A stretch of DNA of 64,000 nt, taken from positions 64,001 to 128,000 of the forward strand of contig JBMFRC010000008.1 of assembly GCA_049968235.1 (NCBI GenBank), read 5' to 3'. The DNA comes from Candidatus Hydrogenedens sp. GTDB taxonomy: Bacteria > Hydrogenedentota > Hydrogenedentia > Hydrogenedentales > Hydrogenedentaceae. Position numbers and translations under genes: made by a program. The notes under the pieces are model-generated. The model did not search any database. It was given only the letters and a program-made list of their open reading frames with translations, and was not told the DNA's origin. Each line of letters opens with the position of its first letter. The stretch's first letter is position 1. Below are positions 38,209-49,400 of the stretch, in pieces.

Positions 38209-40377
38209 TTATTCAGGACGGGTAGGTGTTTCAGCGTGAATACGGACACGGTAAAAGTGGGCAAGAGCATTAATATAGAGAGCCAGAGTTTCAATGGAGA
38301 TTCCAGCAGAATTCATATCCGGGTTTGAAGAAGATAAGTCGAGATAAGGAGCATCTGAATTTTTAGAAGTAGCACGAATTCCAAAAGGGATTACACCTAC
38401 TAATTTTCTTGAATCTATGCCTGTTTTAACATAAGGATGAGCATAAACAGGTAGATTTTTCGATCCTAATCCTTCAATAAAGCAAATCCCATAAGGATTT
38501 ACCCCCAATACCCAGTTTATATGGTCAAAAAATAATCTCTTTGTTGTATCTTCGGGTATAAACCGAAATGCCTTCCCTGCTAATTGGGCAATTTGGAGGA
38601 TATATAAATTATTCCCTTTTACGCCTTCTTCACTTTTTGTGGTTATCCCGAAGAAATCCACTTCGGGTTTCCATTTCATTGGGCAAATTCCGAAAGGATT
38701 CTGATTTGCTTGTTCCGAATAAAGTTGAATTGCATTTTGCAAAGATTGAACTAATTCATAAGTTTTATTCTCGTAGGTAAAGGCATCATATCTGGGAATT
38801 GCTTCAGATACATTAAGAATATTCTCCGGCACACACGACTGTATAACAGATATGTTTTTCTCTATATTTTTTATTTCTTCAAGGTAAACAAGAGCAGAGA
38901 ACAAACCCCAATTTTTCTTCCCCTGTACTATCACAGATTGGGTCAATTTCTCTGCCTTGTTAATATAAGGGCTTTCAGGGTTTATCTTCGACGATAAATA
39001 AGCAACATTCCCGAGAGCAGATATAACAAACTCTTCATCAGATACAGTTTCTTCAATGGGTCTTTCGTCTGCTGTATTTAATTGATTATCTGTTTCTTCT
39101 TCAGGTTTCCTGATACTATTTTCTGGTTTTGAAAAGATATTGCCCAGTAGTGTACCATCCTCTTTGATACGGTGGACAATATATTCAGCACCCCAATCTA
39201 TCTCTTCACGCAACTTTGAAGCCAGGTCCTTATCCTTTAACAAACGCCACATGCAAATATTGTAACTCTCAGCAAGCAGGTTCAAACAAAGAGCAGACTT
39301 CGTTTTGCTGTATGTCTCTCCATCATGCCACCCTCCTTTAAGTGAGATACCTTCAAATGAATCATCTGCATGACAAAGTTCATGAATACCTTCTATTTTT
39401 GTGCCACAACGATGTAATCGAATTCCCTCCAATACTCTCGGAACCGTTTTTCCCCAGAGAAGGTCTTTGCCGATTAGAAAAGAGGGGCTGTAATACCTTT
39501 TTTCTCCAATAATTACCACAATCCGATAATTGCCTTCCTCGTTATAATCCGAAAAATCTGCACGACAGAACCATTTTCCCCAGTCCGATTTGTGAATACC
39601 AACAATTCGCGACGGCTCACCGAAATGTATTTCTCGTATTTCACGGTCAGAGTCCCCTAAAAGGTACGAAGTTAGCCCTTCAGGTTTAAAATTTGTCGCA
39701 AGAATACATGTTTTGGGATACAGTAGGTCATATCCTACTTGATTAACAAATATATCAATAGTTTTAGGTTTTTCAATAATACCTGTAAAATTGGCTTCAT
39801 CCCACCATACCGTCCCTGCCGTATTAAATTCGGTAATTAATCGGAATCGTACTGCAATTGTACCCGAAGGGACAAATGTCTCTGATAGCATAAATCGTTT
39901 CCATTCAGAACCCGCATTTTCTATTAATCGTAACTCTTTCTTTTCTATAGATTCTTTGTTATTTAGCCATTCTATAACGACCTTTGATGGGAATGTTCCT
40001 CGATAAAAAATGCTACCTGTAATAGATACCATACCTGCGGGAATAGGTATATCTTCTGTCTTAACACTTACCTCTCCGTTACCTTCAACACGAAGAGAAC
40101 TTTTACCGGAAAGATAAGTTTCATTATCCAGAGAAATTTTGTTTTCAGTATTGACGGAAGAACATTTCCAGTTATTTAATAGAGATACTGTATCCGTATC
40201 CTTCTCAAAAAGTTCAAAACCTCCATTGTAAACCAGGGGAACCGTTTCCCAGATAAAATCTTCATTATCATTTATAGGTGATGCGGATTCTCCACAAAGA
40301 GCAGGAAAAGCAGAGAATAATAGAGAACCTGCAATAAACAAAAAAAGAATTGATTTTTTTTCTAAAATCATGTTCAT
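38209..40377 (-). CDS. Secreted GH9-like protein with an N-terminal CBM-like module and an Ig-like (CelD_N) domain
   Basis: Signal peptide, then a CBM_4_9-like beta-sandwich. FVNQVGYDLLYPK is a CelD_N-like block. In the (alpha/alpha)6 region, GGWHDGETYSK aligns to the GH9 GGWYDAGDHxK signature. Confidence 0.6.
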   Translation of the reverse strand: MNMILEKKSILFLFIAGSLLFSAFPALCGESASPINDNEDFIWETVPLVYNGGFELFEKDTDTVSLLNNWKCSSVNTENKISLDNETYLSGKSSLRVEGNGEVSVKTEDIPIPAGMVSITGSIFYRGTFPSKVVIEWLNNKESIEKKELRLIENAGSEWKRFMLSETFVPSGTIAVRFRLITEFNTAGTVWWDEANFTGIIEKPKTIDIFVNQVGYDLLYPKTCILATNFKPEGLTSYLLGDSDREIREIHFGEPSRIVGIHKSDWGKWFCRADFSDYNEEGNYRIVVIIGEKRYYSPSFLIGKDLLWGKTVPRVLEGIRLHRCGTKIEGIHELCHADDSFEGISLKGGWHDGETYSKTKSALCLNLLAESYNICMWRLLKDKDLASKLREEIDWGAEYIVHRIKEDGTLLGNIFSKPENSIRKPEEETDNQLNTADERPIEETVSDEEFVISALGNVAYLSSKINPESPYINKAEKLTQSVIVQGKKNWGLFSALVYLEEIKNIEKNISVIQSCVPENILNVSEAIPRYDAFTYENKTYELVQSLQNAIQLYSEQANQNPFGICPMKWKPEVDFFGITTKSEEGVKGNNLYILQIAQLAGKAFRFIPEDTTKRLFFDHINWVLGVNPYGICFIEGLGSKNLPVYAHPYVKTGIDSRKLVGVIPFGIRATSKNSDAPYLDLSSSNPDMNSAGISIETLALYINALAHFYRVRIHAETPTRPE

Positions 40378-40405
40378 ATATATCTATCCTATATTACTAA
40401 TTATG

Positions 40406-41176
40406 TTATGTTATCTGAAATGGAGGTTCGTTTTGTATTTCTTGAAAGAGTTCATTTGCATAATCTTCTTGTTCTTCAGTTCCGGTAATAGCAAACCATA
40501 ATGCCCCTTCCGCACCACCAACTCCACCACCCCCTATTAATTCTGTATCAGCACCGGTGAGTAGTTTTATAGCATCTATTTCTGTGAAAACTTCACCCGG
40601 AACAGGGAAAAACCGAGGACCATTTCCAGAAGCATGATTTATTTTCAATGCAATTGTGTCAAGATTTCCAGAAATTCGTTTTTCAAGACCAACAGGGATA
40701 ATGAGTTTTACCCGACGCCCTATTACCGCTGGTATTGTAACGCCAATAGTTCCACCTTGAGGATGTGCAACAAAAATTCCAGCCCGTCGATTATTTATAT
40801 CTAGTGCATTTGCCCCTTTCAGAATAATATCAAATTTAGTTAATTGTTGAGCCACATCAAAAAGGTTCTTCCCTCGTTCCCAATTTCCTTTGACAATTAC
40901 AACATCACCGGGAAAAGTCGATTCATCGGGTAATCTTCCCATTTCTGTTAGTGAATAAAATGGAGGTAATGTAATACCCCTGAAAAAGCGTTTTTTCGGA
41001 AAGGGTTCATCATACCCTAAATATTTCAATATTTCCTCCGCGATATATCCATTTGTTGTTCCTGCAACAATAACTATCGTATGAGCATTTATTGCTCTCT
41101 GCACTTCCGGATGGCGAACTATTCCCCTTGCTATCAGCCGTTTACATGCAGACACTGTCAACGCTACTTGCAACAT
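40406..41176 (-). CDS. Hypothetical protein (Gly-rich, possibly nucleotide-binding); family not recognised
   Basis: Blocks IVIVAGTTNGYIAEE and LIGGGGVGGAEGALW are present, but no confident family assignment could be made. Confidence 0.4.
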   Translation of the reverse strand: MLQVALTVSACKRLIARGIVRHPEVQRAINAHTIVIVAGTTNGYIAEEILKYLGYDEPFPKKRFFRGITLPPFYSLTEMGRLPDESTFPGDVVIVKGNWERGKNLFDVAQQLTKFDIILKGANALDINNRRAGIFVAHPQGGTIGVTIPAVIGRRVKLIIPVGLEKRISGNLDTIALKINHASGNGPRFFPVPGEVFTEIDAIKLLTGADTELIGGGGVGGAEGALWFAITGTEEQEDYANELFQEIQNEPPFQIT

Positions 41177-41335
41177 AAAAAACTTCTCCTTTTACTAATT
41201 TTTTGAAACAGGAATAGGTAGTAGTATATTTTATCCTAATATAAGAGATTATAAAAGGTAAGCCTCTTACTCCTTAAATTTTAACATTTGTGTAGAAAAA
41301 AGAGAAACCACGTTTTCAATGCTTTACTGGTATAA

Positions 41336-42196
<861 letters not shown>

Positions 42197-42536
42197 AATT
42201 TAATTGAAAAAGGGTATATCAAAATTGGGGAGTTCTTATATTCCAAAGATGGTAAATACATCGCATGTGTTTTAGCAGATGTATCTATTCTTTACGATAA
42301 CATAGCAGGTTCCATTCATAAGATAAGTGCTAAAATATTAGGAAAAGAAAATAATAACGGCTGGACTTATTGGCATGTAAAAAGAGAAAATAAGATAATT
42401 TGTATTGACCAATTAAGATATGAATATGAAAAGAAATATCTTACGAGTTCTTTTGATTATGGTATTTTTGACTTTGAAAAAGAATCTTCACTAACAGTCA
42501 AGGATGAAAGTTTCTTATATGAAAATAATGGAATAT
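42197..42536 (+). other. 113 sense codons in frame immediately after the methyltransferase TGA stop, with no start codon; likely a nonsense-interrupted or read-through C-terminal extension of the methyltransferase
   Basis: Hand translation from 42197 reads NLIEKGYIKIGEFLYSKDGKYIACVLADVSILYDNIAGSIHKISAKILGKENNNGWTYWHVKRENKIICIDQLRYEYEKKYLTSSFDYGIFDFEKESSLTVKDESFLYENNGI, ending at TAA 42537-42539. No in-frame ATG, GTG or TTG is present. Confidence 0.4.
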
Positions 42537-43391
42537 AACGAATTTAAAATGATATTAAATAAAAACATATTCGAACGCTCAAAGGCGGACTTGCTTGAAA
42601 AAATTGCGAATTCTCCTTCAAGATATATTGGACTTTTTAGACCTACCAAACCAAAAGGTAAAATTCTTCAAGATATATTACAATCATACGAAATCCGTTT
42701 TGGAAATGCATTTGAGGAAGTTTTCGAAAAATATTTAGGATACATGGGATTTGAAATACTAAAAAAGGTATATGTTGACAAAAACAAAGGTATTAAAAAT
42801 ATATTGTGCGTAGACCAATGTTTCAGAAAAGAAGAGAAAGTATATTTCCTTGAACAAAAGGTTAGAGATGACCATGATTCTTCCAAAAAAAGAGGGCAAA
42901 TAAAAAATTTTGAGGAAAAATTAAATATAATGCTATCAAAATTTTCAGAAAAAGAACTCGTTGGTATTTTTTATTTCTTAGACCCTGAAATTGTTAAAAA
43001 TAAACTCTATTATGAAAATGAATTAGAGACAATGAAAAGGGACTACAATGTAGAAACACATTTATTCTATGGTGAAAAATTATTTGAATTTTTAGGCTAT
43101 CCCAGTGTATGGAACGAAATTCTTAACTACCTTTCCCAATGGAAAAGAGAAATACCAGACATGCCAGAAATCAATTTTGACATAGACTATGAAAACACTT
43201 TCAATGAAATTAAAGATTTAAAACCACTCATTTTTAGGAGTCTACTTACTGACGATACAATATACGATGAAATTATTTGCACATTATTTCCTGATGGGAG
43301 AACTTTTAAATTATTAAGACAATATTTTATGCTTAAAAAGGGTTCTATTTACGAAAGATTAGTTAATTTGATTGACAAACGTATAAAATAA
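42504..43391 (+). CDS. Hypothetical protein; candidate restriction endonuclease partner of the methyltransferase (possible PD-(D/E)xK-like motif)
   Basis: A very AT-rich gene lying directly after the methyltransferase. It carries VDQCF...EQK spacing compatible with D...ExK. The start may instead be the ATG at 42519 (AAGGA 10 nt upstream). Confidence 0.4.
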   Translation: MKVSYMKIMEYNEFKMILNKNIFERSKADLLEKIANSPSRYIGLFRPTKPKGKILQDILQSYEIRFGNAFEEVFEKYLGYMGFEILKKVYVDKNKGIKNILCVDQCFRKEEKVYFLEQKVRDDHDSSKKRGQIKNFEEKLNIMLSKFSEKELVGIFYFLDPEIVKNKLYYENELETMKRDYNVETHLFYGEKLFEFLGYPSVWNEILNYLSQWKREIPDMPEINFDIDYENTFNEIKDLKPLIFRSLLTDDTIYDEIICTLFPDGRTFKLLRQYFMLKKGSIYERLVNLIDKRIK

Positions 43392-43477
43392 ATCCTTTTT
43401 ATATATTTTTTGTTATATAACAATATTTAATATTAATTCTAACTCGTTTAAATGTAAAACGAAGAAAGGGATGAATT

Positions 43478-44221
43478 ATGTCAGGTTTGCGTATCACGGT
43501 TTGGAATGAAGGTGTTCATGAGAAAATTAGTGAAAAGGTGCAAAAGGTATATCCGAACTCTATTGGACAACAAATTGCTCAATATCTGGAAAAACAGTCA
43601 GGAATTGAAAGTGTTCGTGTTGTGCAATTGGATGACACGGACCAGGGATTATCTGATGAAATTTTGGAAAATACAGATGTAATGACATGGTGGGGACATC
43701 TGGCTCATGACAAAGTAACGGAAGAAAATGCAGAAAAAGTACAGAATCGTGTCTTGAATGGAATGGGGCTGGTTGTTTTACATTCCGGACACATGTCAAA
43801 ACCATTTCGTCGTCTTATGGGAACGGGATGTATGTTAAAATGGCGAGAATGGAAAGGCGAAGGAGAACGAGAACGTGTCTGGGTGGTTGACCCTGCACAT
43901 CCTATTGCAAATGGCATCCCTGAATATATCGAATTAGAACGCTCCGAAATGTATGGGGAACATTTTGATATACCTCAGCCAGACCAATTGGTCTTTATCA
44001 GTTGGTACCAAGGAGGTGAAGTATTTCGTAGTGGTTGTTGTTGGCATCGTGGATTGGGAAAGGTCTTTTACTTCAGCCCCGGGCATGAAACTTTACCGAT
44101 TTATTACAATGAGCATATCTTAAAAGTTATTTATAACGGCGTGTTATGGTCTGCACCTACAAGACCTGTGAATGGGGTACTTCGTGGGAATTTTGACCCA
44201 CCTATTGAAAAAATAGGATAA
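43478..44221 (+). CDS. ThuA-like (trehalose utilisation) class-I glutamine amidotransferase-like protein
   Basis: Blocks ITVWNEGVHE, VMTWWGHLAHDKV and GLVVLHSGH are characteristic of the ThuA family. Confidence 0.55.
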   Translation: MSGLRITVWNEGVHEKISEKVQKVYPNSIGQQIAQYLEKQSGIESVRVVQLDDTDQGLSDEILENTDVMTWWGHLAHDKVTEENAEKVQNRVLNGMGLVVLHSGHMSKPFRRLMGTGCMLKWREWKGEGERERVWVVDPAHPIANGIPEYIELERSEMYGEHFDIPQPDQLVFISWYQGGEVFRSGCCWHRGLGKVFYFSPGHETLPIYYNEHILKVIYNGVLWSAPTRPVNGVLRGNFDPPIEKIG

Positions 44222-44226
44222 ATATT

Positions 44227-45246
44227 ATGAACAAAAAAAGGCAAAATTGTTGGATAACTATATTACTATATATAGCCACCATCTGCTTATCTTCCTTTTC
44301 CTATGCAGATTCGACCAATCCACCAGGTTCACCCCCATTGTGGAAAAAAGCAGAGATTTTCCAGCAAGACATGGAAGAACGGTTTCTGCTGGATGGACAG
44401 GCACTCTGTAAATTAATTCTCCCACAAAAGGATAGAGGATTGAGTTATAACATGCCAGACAATGCCTATATGACAGGTATTTATGTAGGCACTTTGTCCA
44501 TGAAGTATTCCATAACAAAAAATGAAGAGGATAAAACAAAGTTAATTCTATCAATTAAAGCCCTAAATTTTCTGTGTCGTGCAAGTGGTATAGAAGGTTT
44601 ACTTGCTCGAGCAGTTATACCTTCAGATTCACCATGGCAAGATAACGGAATATGGAGACCTACTCCTGATGGTAAGCATAAATGGCGAGGTGATGTTAGC
44701 AGTGACCAGGTGGATGGTGTTATGTTCGGTTTTTCATGGGCATATGAAACTGTTAACGATGAATCTGTGCGGAAAGAAATAGCCAGGGATGTAACTGCAA
44801 TTGTAGAGCATATATTAAGGAACGATTTGAAAATTATAGATGCAGACGGTAAACCTACAACATGGGGAAAGTATTTTCCACAATATACAATGATAGAGCC
44901 GTTAAATGCTTTATTATGGTTACAAGCATTAAAAGTTGCACATCAAGTTTCCAATGATAATAAATATGCTGACCTATATAAAAAGTATGCTATAGAAATG
45001 GACTATGCAAAGCGGGCTATTCAGGCAAGAAGAAATCTCGACCCCACACGGAGAGGTTTTGTTAACCATTCTAATGATGTTCTTTTCTTTTTAGGTATTG
45101 AACCTCTTTTACGGTTGGAACAGGACCCACAGATACGAGAATATTACATCCAGTCCTTAAAACATGCTTGGGAAGGCTCACCTCCCTTCCCGGGATTAAA
45201 ACCTGAAGCAAACCTGCGTATTCATTTTTATCAGCAAAGTACTTGA
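44227..45246 (+). CDS. Secreted conserved hypothetical protein (paralog of 1..1151), N-terminal part of a frameshifted gene
   Basis: Signal peptide, and it aligns to the 1..1151 product. It ends at TGA 45244-45246, whereas the paralog continues for ~100 more residues. Confidence 0.55.
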   Translation: MNKKRQNCWITILLYIATICLSSFSYADSTNPPGSPPLWKKAEIFQQDMEERFLLDGQALCKLILPQKDRGLSYNMPDNAYMTGIYVGTLSMKYSITKNEEDKTKLILSIKALNFLCRASGIEGLLARAVIPSDSPWQDNGIWRPTPDGKHKWRGDVSSDQVDGVMFGFSWAYETVNDESVRKEIARDVTAIVEHILRNDLKIIDADGKPTTWGKYFPQYTMIEPLNALLWLQALKVAHQVSNDNKYADLYKKYAIEMDYAKRAIQARRNLDPTRRGFVNHSNDVLFFLGIEPLLRLEQDPQIREYYIQSLKHAWEGSPPFPGLKPEANLRIHFYQQST

Positions 45247-45566
45247 ATGATACATCTGAAATAGAGAATGCTATTAAAACACTGGAGTGGTTTCCTTTTT
45301 CTATTAAATGGAACAAAGATACCCTCGCAAAATATGAGCAACAACATAATATTCGATTAATTTGGGACACACAAAGTCCGGAGCCAGAAAAAGGGAAACC
45401 AATACCTATTGATAGACGAGAAAATACATGGTCAACATGGGTACAGGACCCATACCTCTCCCCGGGTGACCCTTTGGAAGATTTCTTTGTGGAATACAAT
45501 GGACATGACTATCTATTGGGGTATTGGCTGGGTAGACACTACGACTTTATTGATAAAAATAGGTAA
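45243..45566 (+). CDS. C-terminal part of the frameshifted paralog gene (continues 44227..45246 in the +1 frame)
   Basis: NDTSEIENAIKTLEWF...DYLLGYWLGRHYDFIDKN aligns to the C-terminus of the 1..1151 product (NMEMSVKTLREIPYD...FYLFPYWLGKYLGLIE). This frame is open from 45207. Confidence 0.5.
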   Translation: MNDTSEIENAIKTLEWFPFSIKWNKDTLAKYEQQHNIRLIWDTQSPEPEKGKPIPIDRRENTWSTWVQDPYLSPGDPLEDFFVEYNGHDYLLGYWLGRHYDFIDKNR

Positions 45567-45688
45567 GTAAAATTTCTTCTATCCGGTATTTCAAATAGTT
45601 TGTTTCTGTCGTTTATTACTTACAATATACATCAAAAAATATGATACTTATAAAGAAATACCTATATTAAATTCATCAGGACAGAAAA

Positions 45689-46660
45689 ATGTTTATTTTT
45701 TATCTTCTTACTCTATTCATTTATTCCGGCGATTCCTCAGATACACAAAATTCCTTCCAGCAGTTAGAAAGCAAGTATGCAATTATTTATTATGTGGATA
45801 CAGAAAGAACGGAAGCGGAAAAAGTGCAACGAGTAATTGAATCCGCATGGATTGAATTTAATCACTATCTTCCCATTTCAAATAACAAACCCGTTCAGGT
45901 GTGGATTGTCCACACACCGGAGGATTTTTCAAAACTGTCATCCGGGCGTTCTTCTTTCCTTTACGGAGGTATAGCCCGACCAGGGTCAGGAATAATTGTT
46001 GTTAAATCTCCCCGACTAAGAAGTTGGGGTGAAGATTTTGTAGGTACCCTAAGACATGAATTGGTACACATATTCTTAAATCGTGCTGGTTTAGATGAAC
46101 GCATCCCTCTTTGGTTTAATGAAGGGCTTGCAATGTTCCTTGCAAACGAATATTATTGGAGTGCTGGAATTCGCATGTCTCATATTGTACTGACAAACCG
46201 TCTAATTGATTACAAAGATTTAGACCGCGAATTAATGCTAACTACTTCTCCTGATAGAACAAGTAGCGCATATATTCAGTCCCTTTCAATGCTTCAATAT
46301 CTCTATAATAAATTGGGAGAGAAAAAATTCTGGGATATGGTAAGAGGTTGCAAAAATAAACGATTTGTCCAGTCATTGGAACAAATCGGAGGATTAAGTT
46401 TCGACAATTTCTGGCATGGTTACCGAAGGTCTTTATGGATAGTTACTTTAATGGGGGCATTAGCCACAGGTTCGATTTTTACACCCATAGCCATAATGGC
46501 TATTTTCGTTTTTCTATGGATATGGCGAAGAAATCGAAAAAAAATGAAGGCATGGGAAGAAGAAGAGGAGGAAGAGGAACGGTTGGGAATACGGACAATC
46601 CCATGGGAACACCTTACCCAGGAACCCTATGATTGGGAAATGCGAGACGACGATGATTGA
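45689..46660 (+). CDS. Peptidase MA-like zinc metalloprotease (HExxH) with a C-terminal TM anchor and an acidic tail
   Basis: LRHELVHIFLN (HExxH) followed by NEGLAMFLA (the third-ligand Glu region), which resembles the Peptidase_MA_2 pattern. A C-terminal TM segment is followed by a poly-E/D tail. Confidence 0.55.
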   Translation: MFIFYLLTLFIYSGDSSDTQNSFQQLESKYAIIYYVDTERTEAEKVQRVIESAWIEFNHYLPISNNKPVQVWIVHTPEDFSKLSSGRSSFLYGGIARPGSGIIVVKSPRLRSWGEDFVGTLRHELVHIFLNRAGLDERIPLWFNEGLAMFLANEYYWSAGIRMSHIVLTNRLIDYKDLDRELMLTTSPDRTSSAYIQSLSMLQYLYNKLGEKKFWDMVRGCKNKRFVQSLEQIGGLSFDNFWHGYRRSLWIVTLMGALATGSIFTPIAIMAIFVFLWIWRRNRKKMKAWEEEEEEEERLGIRTIPWEHLTQEPYDWEMRDDDD

Positions 46661-46709
46661 TTTGAATCCAACCTATCCGCCCCGTCTGTCTTGTCCGACT
46701 TAGCATACC

Positions 46710-47705
46710 CTAAAGTTGTAAAGGCTCCATTTCTTCAAGAGCAGTACGAATAGCATAAATATCTTTTTCATCTAAAACAATAGAACCCGCTTTTGCGTTT
46801 TCCTCAATCTGCAATTCGTCTCTTGCACCTACCAATGCAGTAGTAATCCCCGGTTGATGTACCGTCCATGCAATAAAAAGTTGTCCAAGCGTAATCCCAT
46901 ATTTTTTTGCAATAGGTTTCACTCTTTCCAACATATTCAGAACTCGACGACGATTTACAGGTGAAAACATCGATTTATCCCGACGTAAATCACCATGGGG
47001 AAATTCTCTATCCAATGTAACCTTACCGGTAAGCAATCCTTGAGCAATAGGACTATATGCCAGAACAGAAATGTTATTCTCACGACAGAACGGGAGTATT
47101 TCCGCTTCAATTTCACGTTCCAATGCATTATATTTGGGCTGATTACTCTCAATCTTTCCTTTTTTAAGACAGGTTCTCATCATTTCCACAGTAAAATTAC
47201 TAACCCCGATATATCGTATTTTCCCTTCTTTCTGCAATGAGAGCAGTGCATCCATCGTATAATCTAACGGGGTCGTTTTATCAGGCCAATGACACTGATA
47301 TAAATCAATTACATCTACTTTTAATCGACGCAGACTATTTTCACATTCTTTCCGTATAGATGCTGGACGAAGGTTTTTATAAACTTTTAGGGATTCCCCA
47401 TTACGGTCTACGGTATCAAAGAAAAATTCCCCTTCTTCTAAGTCCCATCGCAAACCACATTTTGTCGCAACAAAAACTTTATCTCTTCGTCCCTGAATGG
47501 CTTCACCTACAATCGTTTCACTATGTCCAAAACCATAGACAGGAGCGGTATCAATGCAAGTTACACCAAGGTCAATACCTTTCTGGATAGCCCGTTTTGC
47601 CTCTTCATCATCCGTCCCCCCCCAAAGCCATCCACCAATTGCCCATGCCCCAAAAGATACAACCGGTAATTTCACATTTGTCGTTCCCAGAGTCCTATAT
47701 TGCAT
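46710..47705 (-). CDS. Aldo/keto reductase
   Basis: The AKR N-terminal signature LGTTNVKLPVVSFGAWAIGG...CIDTAPVYGFGHSE. The length, 331 aa, is typical. Confidence 0.9.
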   Translation of the reverse strand: MQYRTLGTTNVKLPVVSFGAWAIGGWLWGGTDDEEAKRAIQKGIDLGVTCIDTAPVYGFGHSETIVGEAIQGRRDKVFVATKCGLRWDLEEGEFFFDTVDRNGESLKVYKNLRPASIRKECENSLRRLKVDVIDLYQCHWPDKTTPLDYTMDALLSLQKEGKIRYIGVSNFTVEMMRTCLKKGKIESNQPKYNALEREIEAEILPFCRENNISVLAYSPIAQGLLTGKVTLDREFPHGDLRRDKSMFSPVNRRRVLNMLERVKPIAKKYGITLGQLFIAWTVHQPGITTALVGARDELQIEENAKAGSIVLDEKDIYAIRTALEEMEPLQL

Positions 47706-47813
47706 GGTTATGCTCCTTTCATCACATCATTTCATTCTTATTATTTTAACGAATTGAATAAAAGATTATAAAATATTTTTGTATCAGAAAGGATAAAATC
47801 GGTATGATGTTAT

Positions 47814-48263
47814 ATGAAACTCTTTTGTCAGAAAAACTGTCATAAAGGAGAACAAAAAGTGCGAGATGTACTAATGAGTTTGCCTTTACTTTTTGTAGTT
47901 ATAACATCATTTTATCTAGCTTTGCGAGCAATTGGTAGCGTATGGGTCAATTACCGTGTCCGATTGGCTCTGTTAGAACGACTTGAGAATTCTCCCGAAC
48001 TGCTGGAAGATGTACCACAAATACGGGAATTATTTGAAGATGAGAACAAAGAGATTACAAAACGATACCCAATTGACTTTGTTTTTACAGGCGTTTTCCT
48101 TGTCATTTTAGGTCTGATTTGTGTTATTTTTGATTTCCTATTAGGTACAGGACAGGTGGCTGTAGGTGCCTATTGGGGAGGTGTAATTTGTTCCGGGTTG
48201 GGATTTATTATCACCCTTTTGGGATTATTCCTACGTTTCCTTTCCACACCCGTAAATATATAA
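47814..48263 (+). CDS. Small membrane protein, hypothetical (start more likely the ATG at 47874)
   Basis: Two or three hydrophobic helices; no recognisable family. Confidence 0.35.
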   Translation: MKLFCQKNCHKGEQKVRDVLMSLPLLFVVITSFYLALRAIGSVWVNYRVRLALLERLENSPELLEDVPQIRELFEDENKEITKRYPIDFVFTGVFLVILGLICVIFDFLLGTGQVAVGAYWGGVICSGLGFIITLLGLFLRFLSTPVNI

Positions 48264-48376
48264 AATCTTTATTTTGTATAAAATCACATAATTTAGTATA
48301 TTAATAGCCAGGTGGATGTTTATTATAATAATATTATTTTTATTAGTAAACATTTTTTCATACGAAAGGAGTTTTT

Positions 48377-49321
48377 ATGTTTGAAATGCGGTATTGGATA
48401 CTTATTACTCCGATGTTATGTTTCGGATGTGCTACGGGATTTGTTCCGGGAGCTCCTGAAGGCTGTATCGATGTTATTGCCCATCGTGGAGCCAGTGCCT
48501 ATGCCCCTGAAAATACATTGGCAGCTTTTAAAAAAGCGATAGAATTAAAAGCAGACTGGTTTGAATTGGATGTGCATCTTACCGCCGATGATAAGTTGGT
48601 TGTCATCCATGATGATGAATTAAAAAGAGTAACTGGAGTAGAAGGGAAAGTAACTGAGAAGAAATGGGAAGAGATAAAAGATTTATCTGCAGGTTCATGG
48701 TTCTCTCCTGAATATAGAAATGAAAAGTTGCCTTCTTTAGAAGATGCATTAAAAGTAGCAAAGGGGAAAATTGGTGTATATATTGAAATAAAAAGTAGTG
48801 ATAATGACAACCCTGTTCTTCCATTAATTATGATGAATATCACCGGTAAGGATAAAATGACACCTGAATTGAAAAAACAATTGGAAGATGTGATTTATGG
48901 AAGCAAATCACGAAACATTACATTAGCACGCGAAACCGTAAAGACCGTGCGAAAGATGAAGATGGAAAAACAGGTAGTATTACAGACCTTTTCTCCTGTG
49001 ATTTGTTTTACCTTAATTAATGAAGCACCAGATTTGCGAATAGAATTTTTAGGCGAAGAGTCAGAGGAACACCCGGAGTGGTGGAATTATTATGTCCTGT
49101 TTGGAAAATTACTGAATGTGGCAGGAATGAATGTCAATCGAAAACACCTCACAAAAGAACGGATAGACCAATTCCATGCAAATGGAGCAACTGTGTCAGT
49201 ATGGACCGTAGATGAAATCGAAGAAATGAAAAAATTTGCAGAATGGGGTGTGGATGGTATTATTACCAACAAACCTAATGTCGCACTGAAAGTTCTGAAA
49301 GAAATGGGTAAAACCAAATAG
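48377..49321 (+). CDS. Glycerophosphodiester phosphodiesterase, secreted or lipoprotein
   Basis: VIAHRGASAYAPENTL and ELDVHLTADDKLVVIHDDELKRVTG are GDPD signatures. Confidence 0.8.
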   Translation: MFEMRYWILITPMLCFGCATGFVPGAPEGCIDVIAHRGASAYAPENTLAAFKKAIELKADWFELDVHLTADDKLVVIHDDELKRVTGVEGKVTEKKWEEIKDLSAGSWFSPEYRNEKLPSLEDALKVAKGKIGVYIEIKSSDNDNPVLPLIMMNITGKDKMTPELKKQLEDVIYGSKSRNITLARETVKTVRKMKMEKQVVLQTFSPVICFTLINEAPDLRIEFLGEESEEHPEWWNYYVLFGKLLNVAGMNVNRKHLTKERIDQFHANGATVSVWTVDEIEEMKKFAEWGVDGIITNKPNVALKVLKEMGKTK

Positions 49322-49400
49322 CGAATAACAATGTCTTCAATTTATTCTTGCCTTAAGAAAAATATATTTAGATACATCCAATACACAAAGGAACCTTTTT

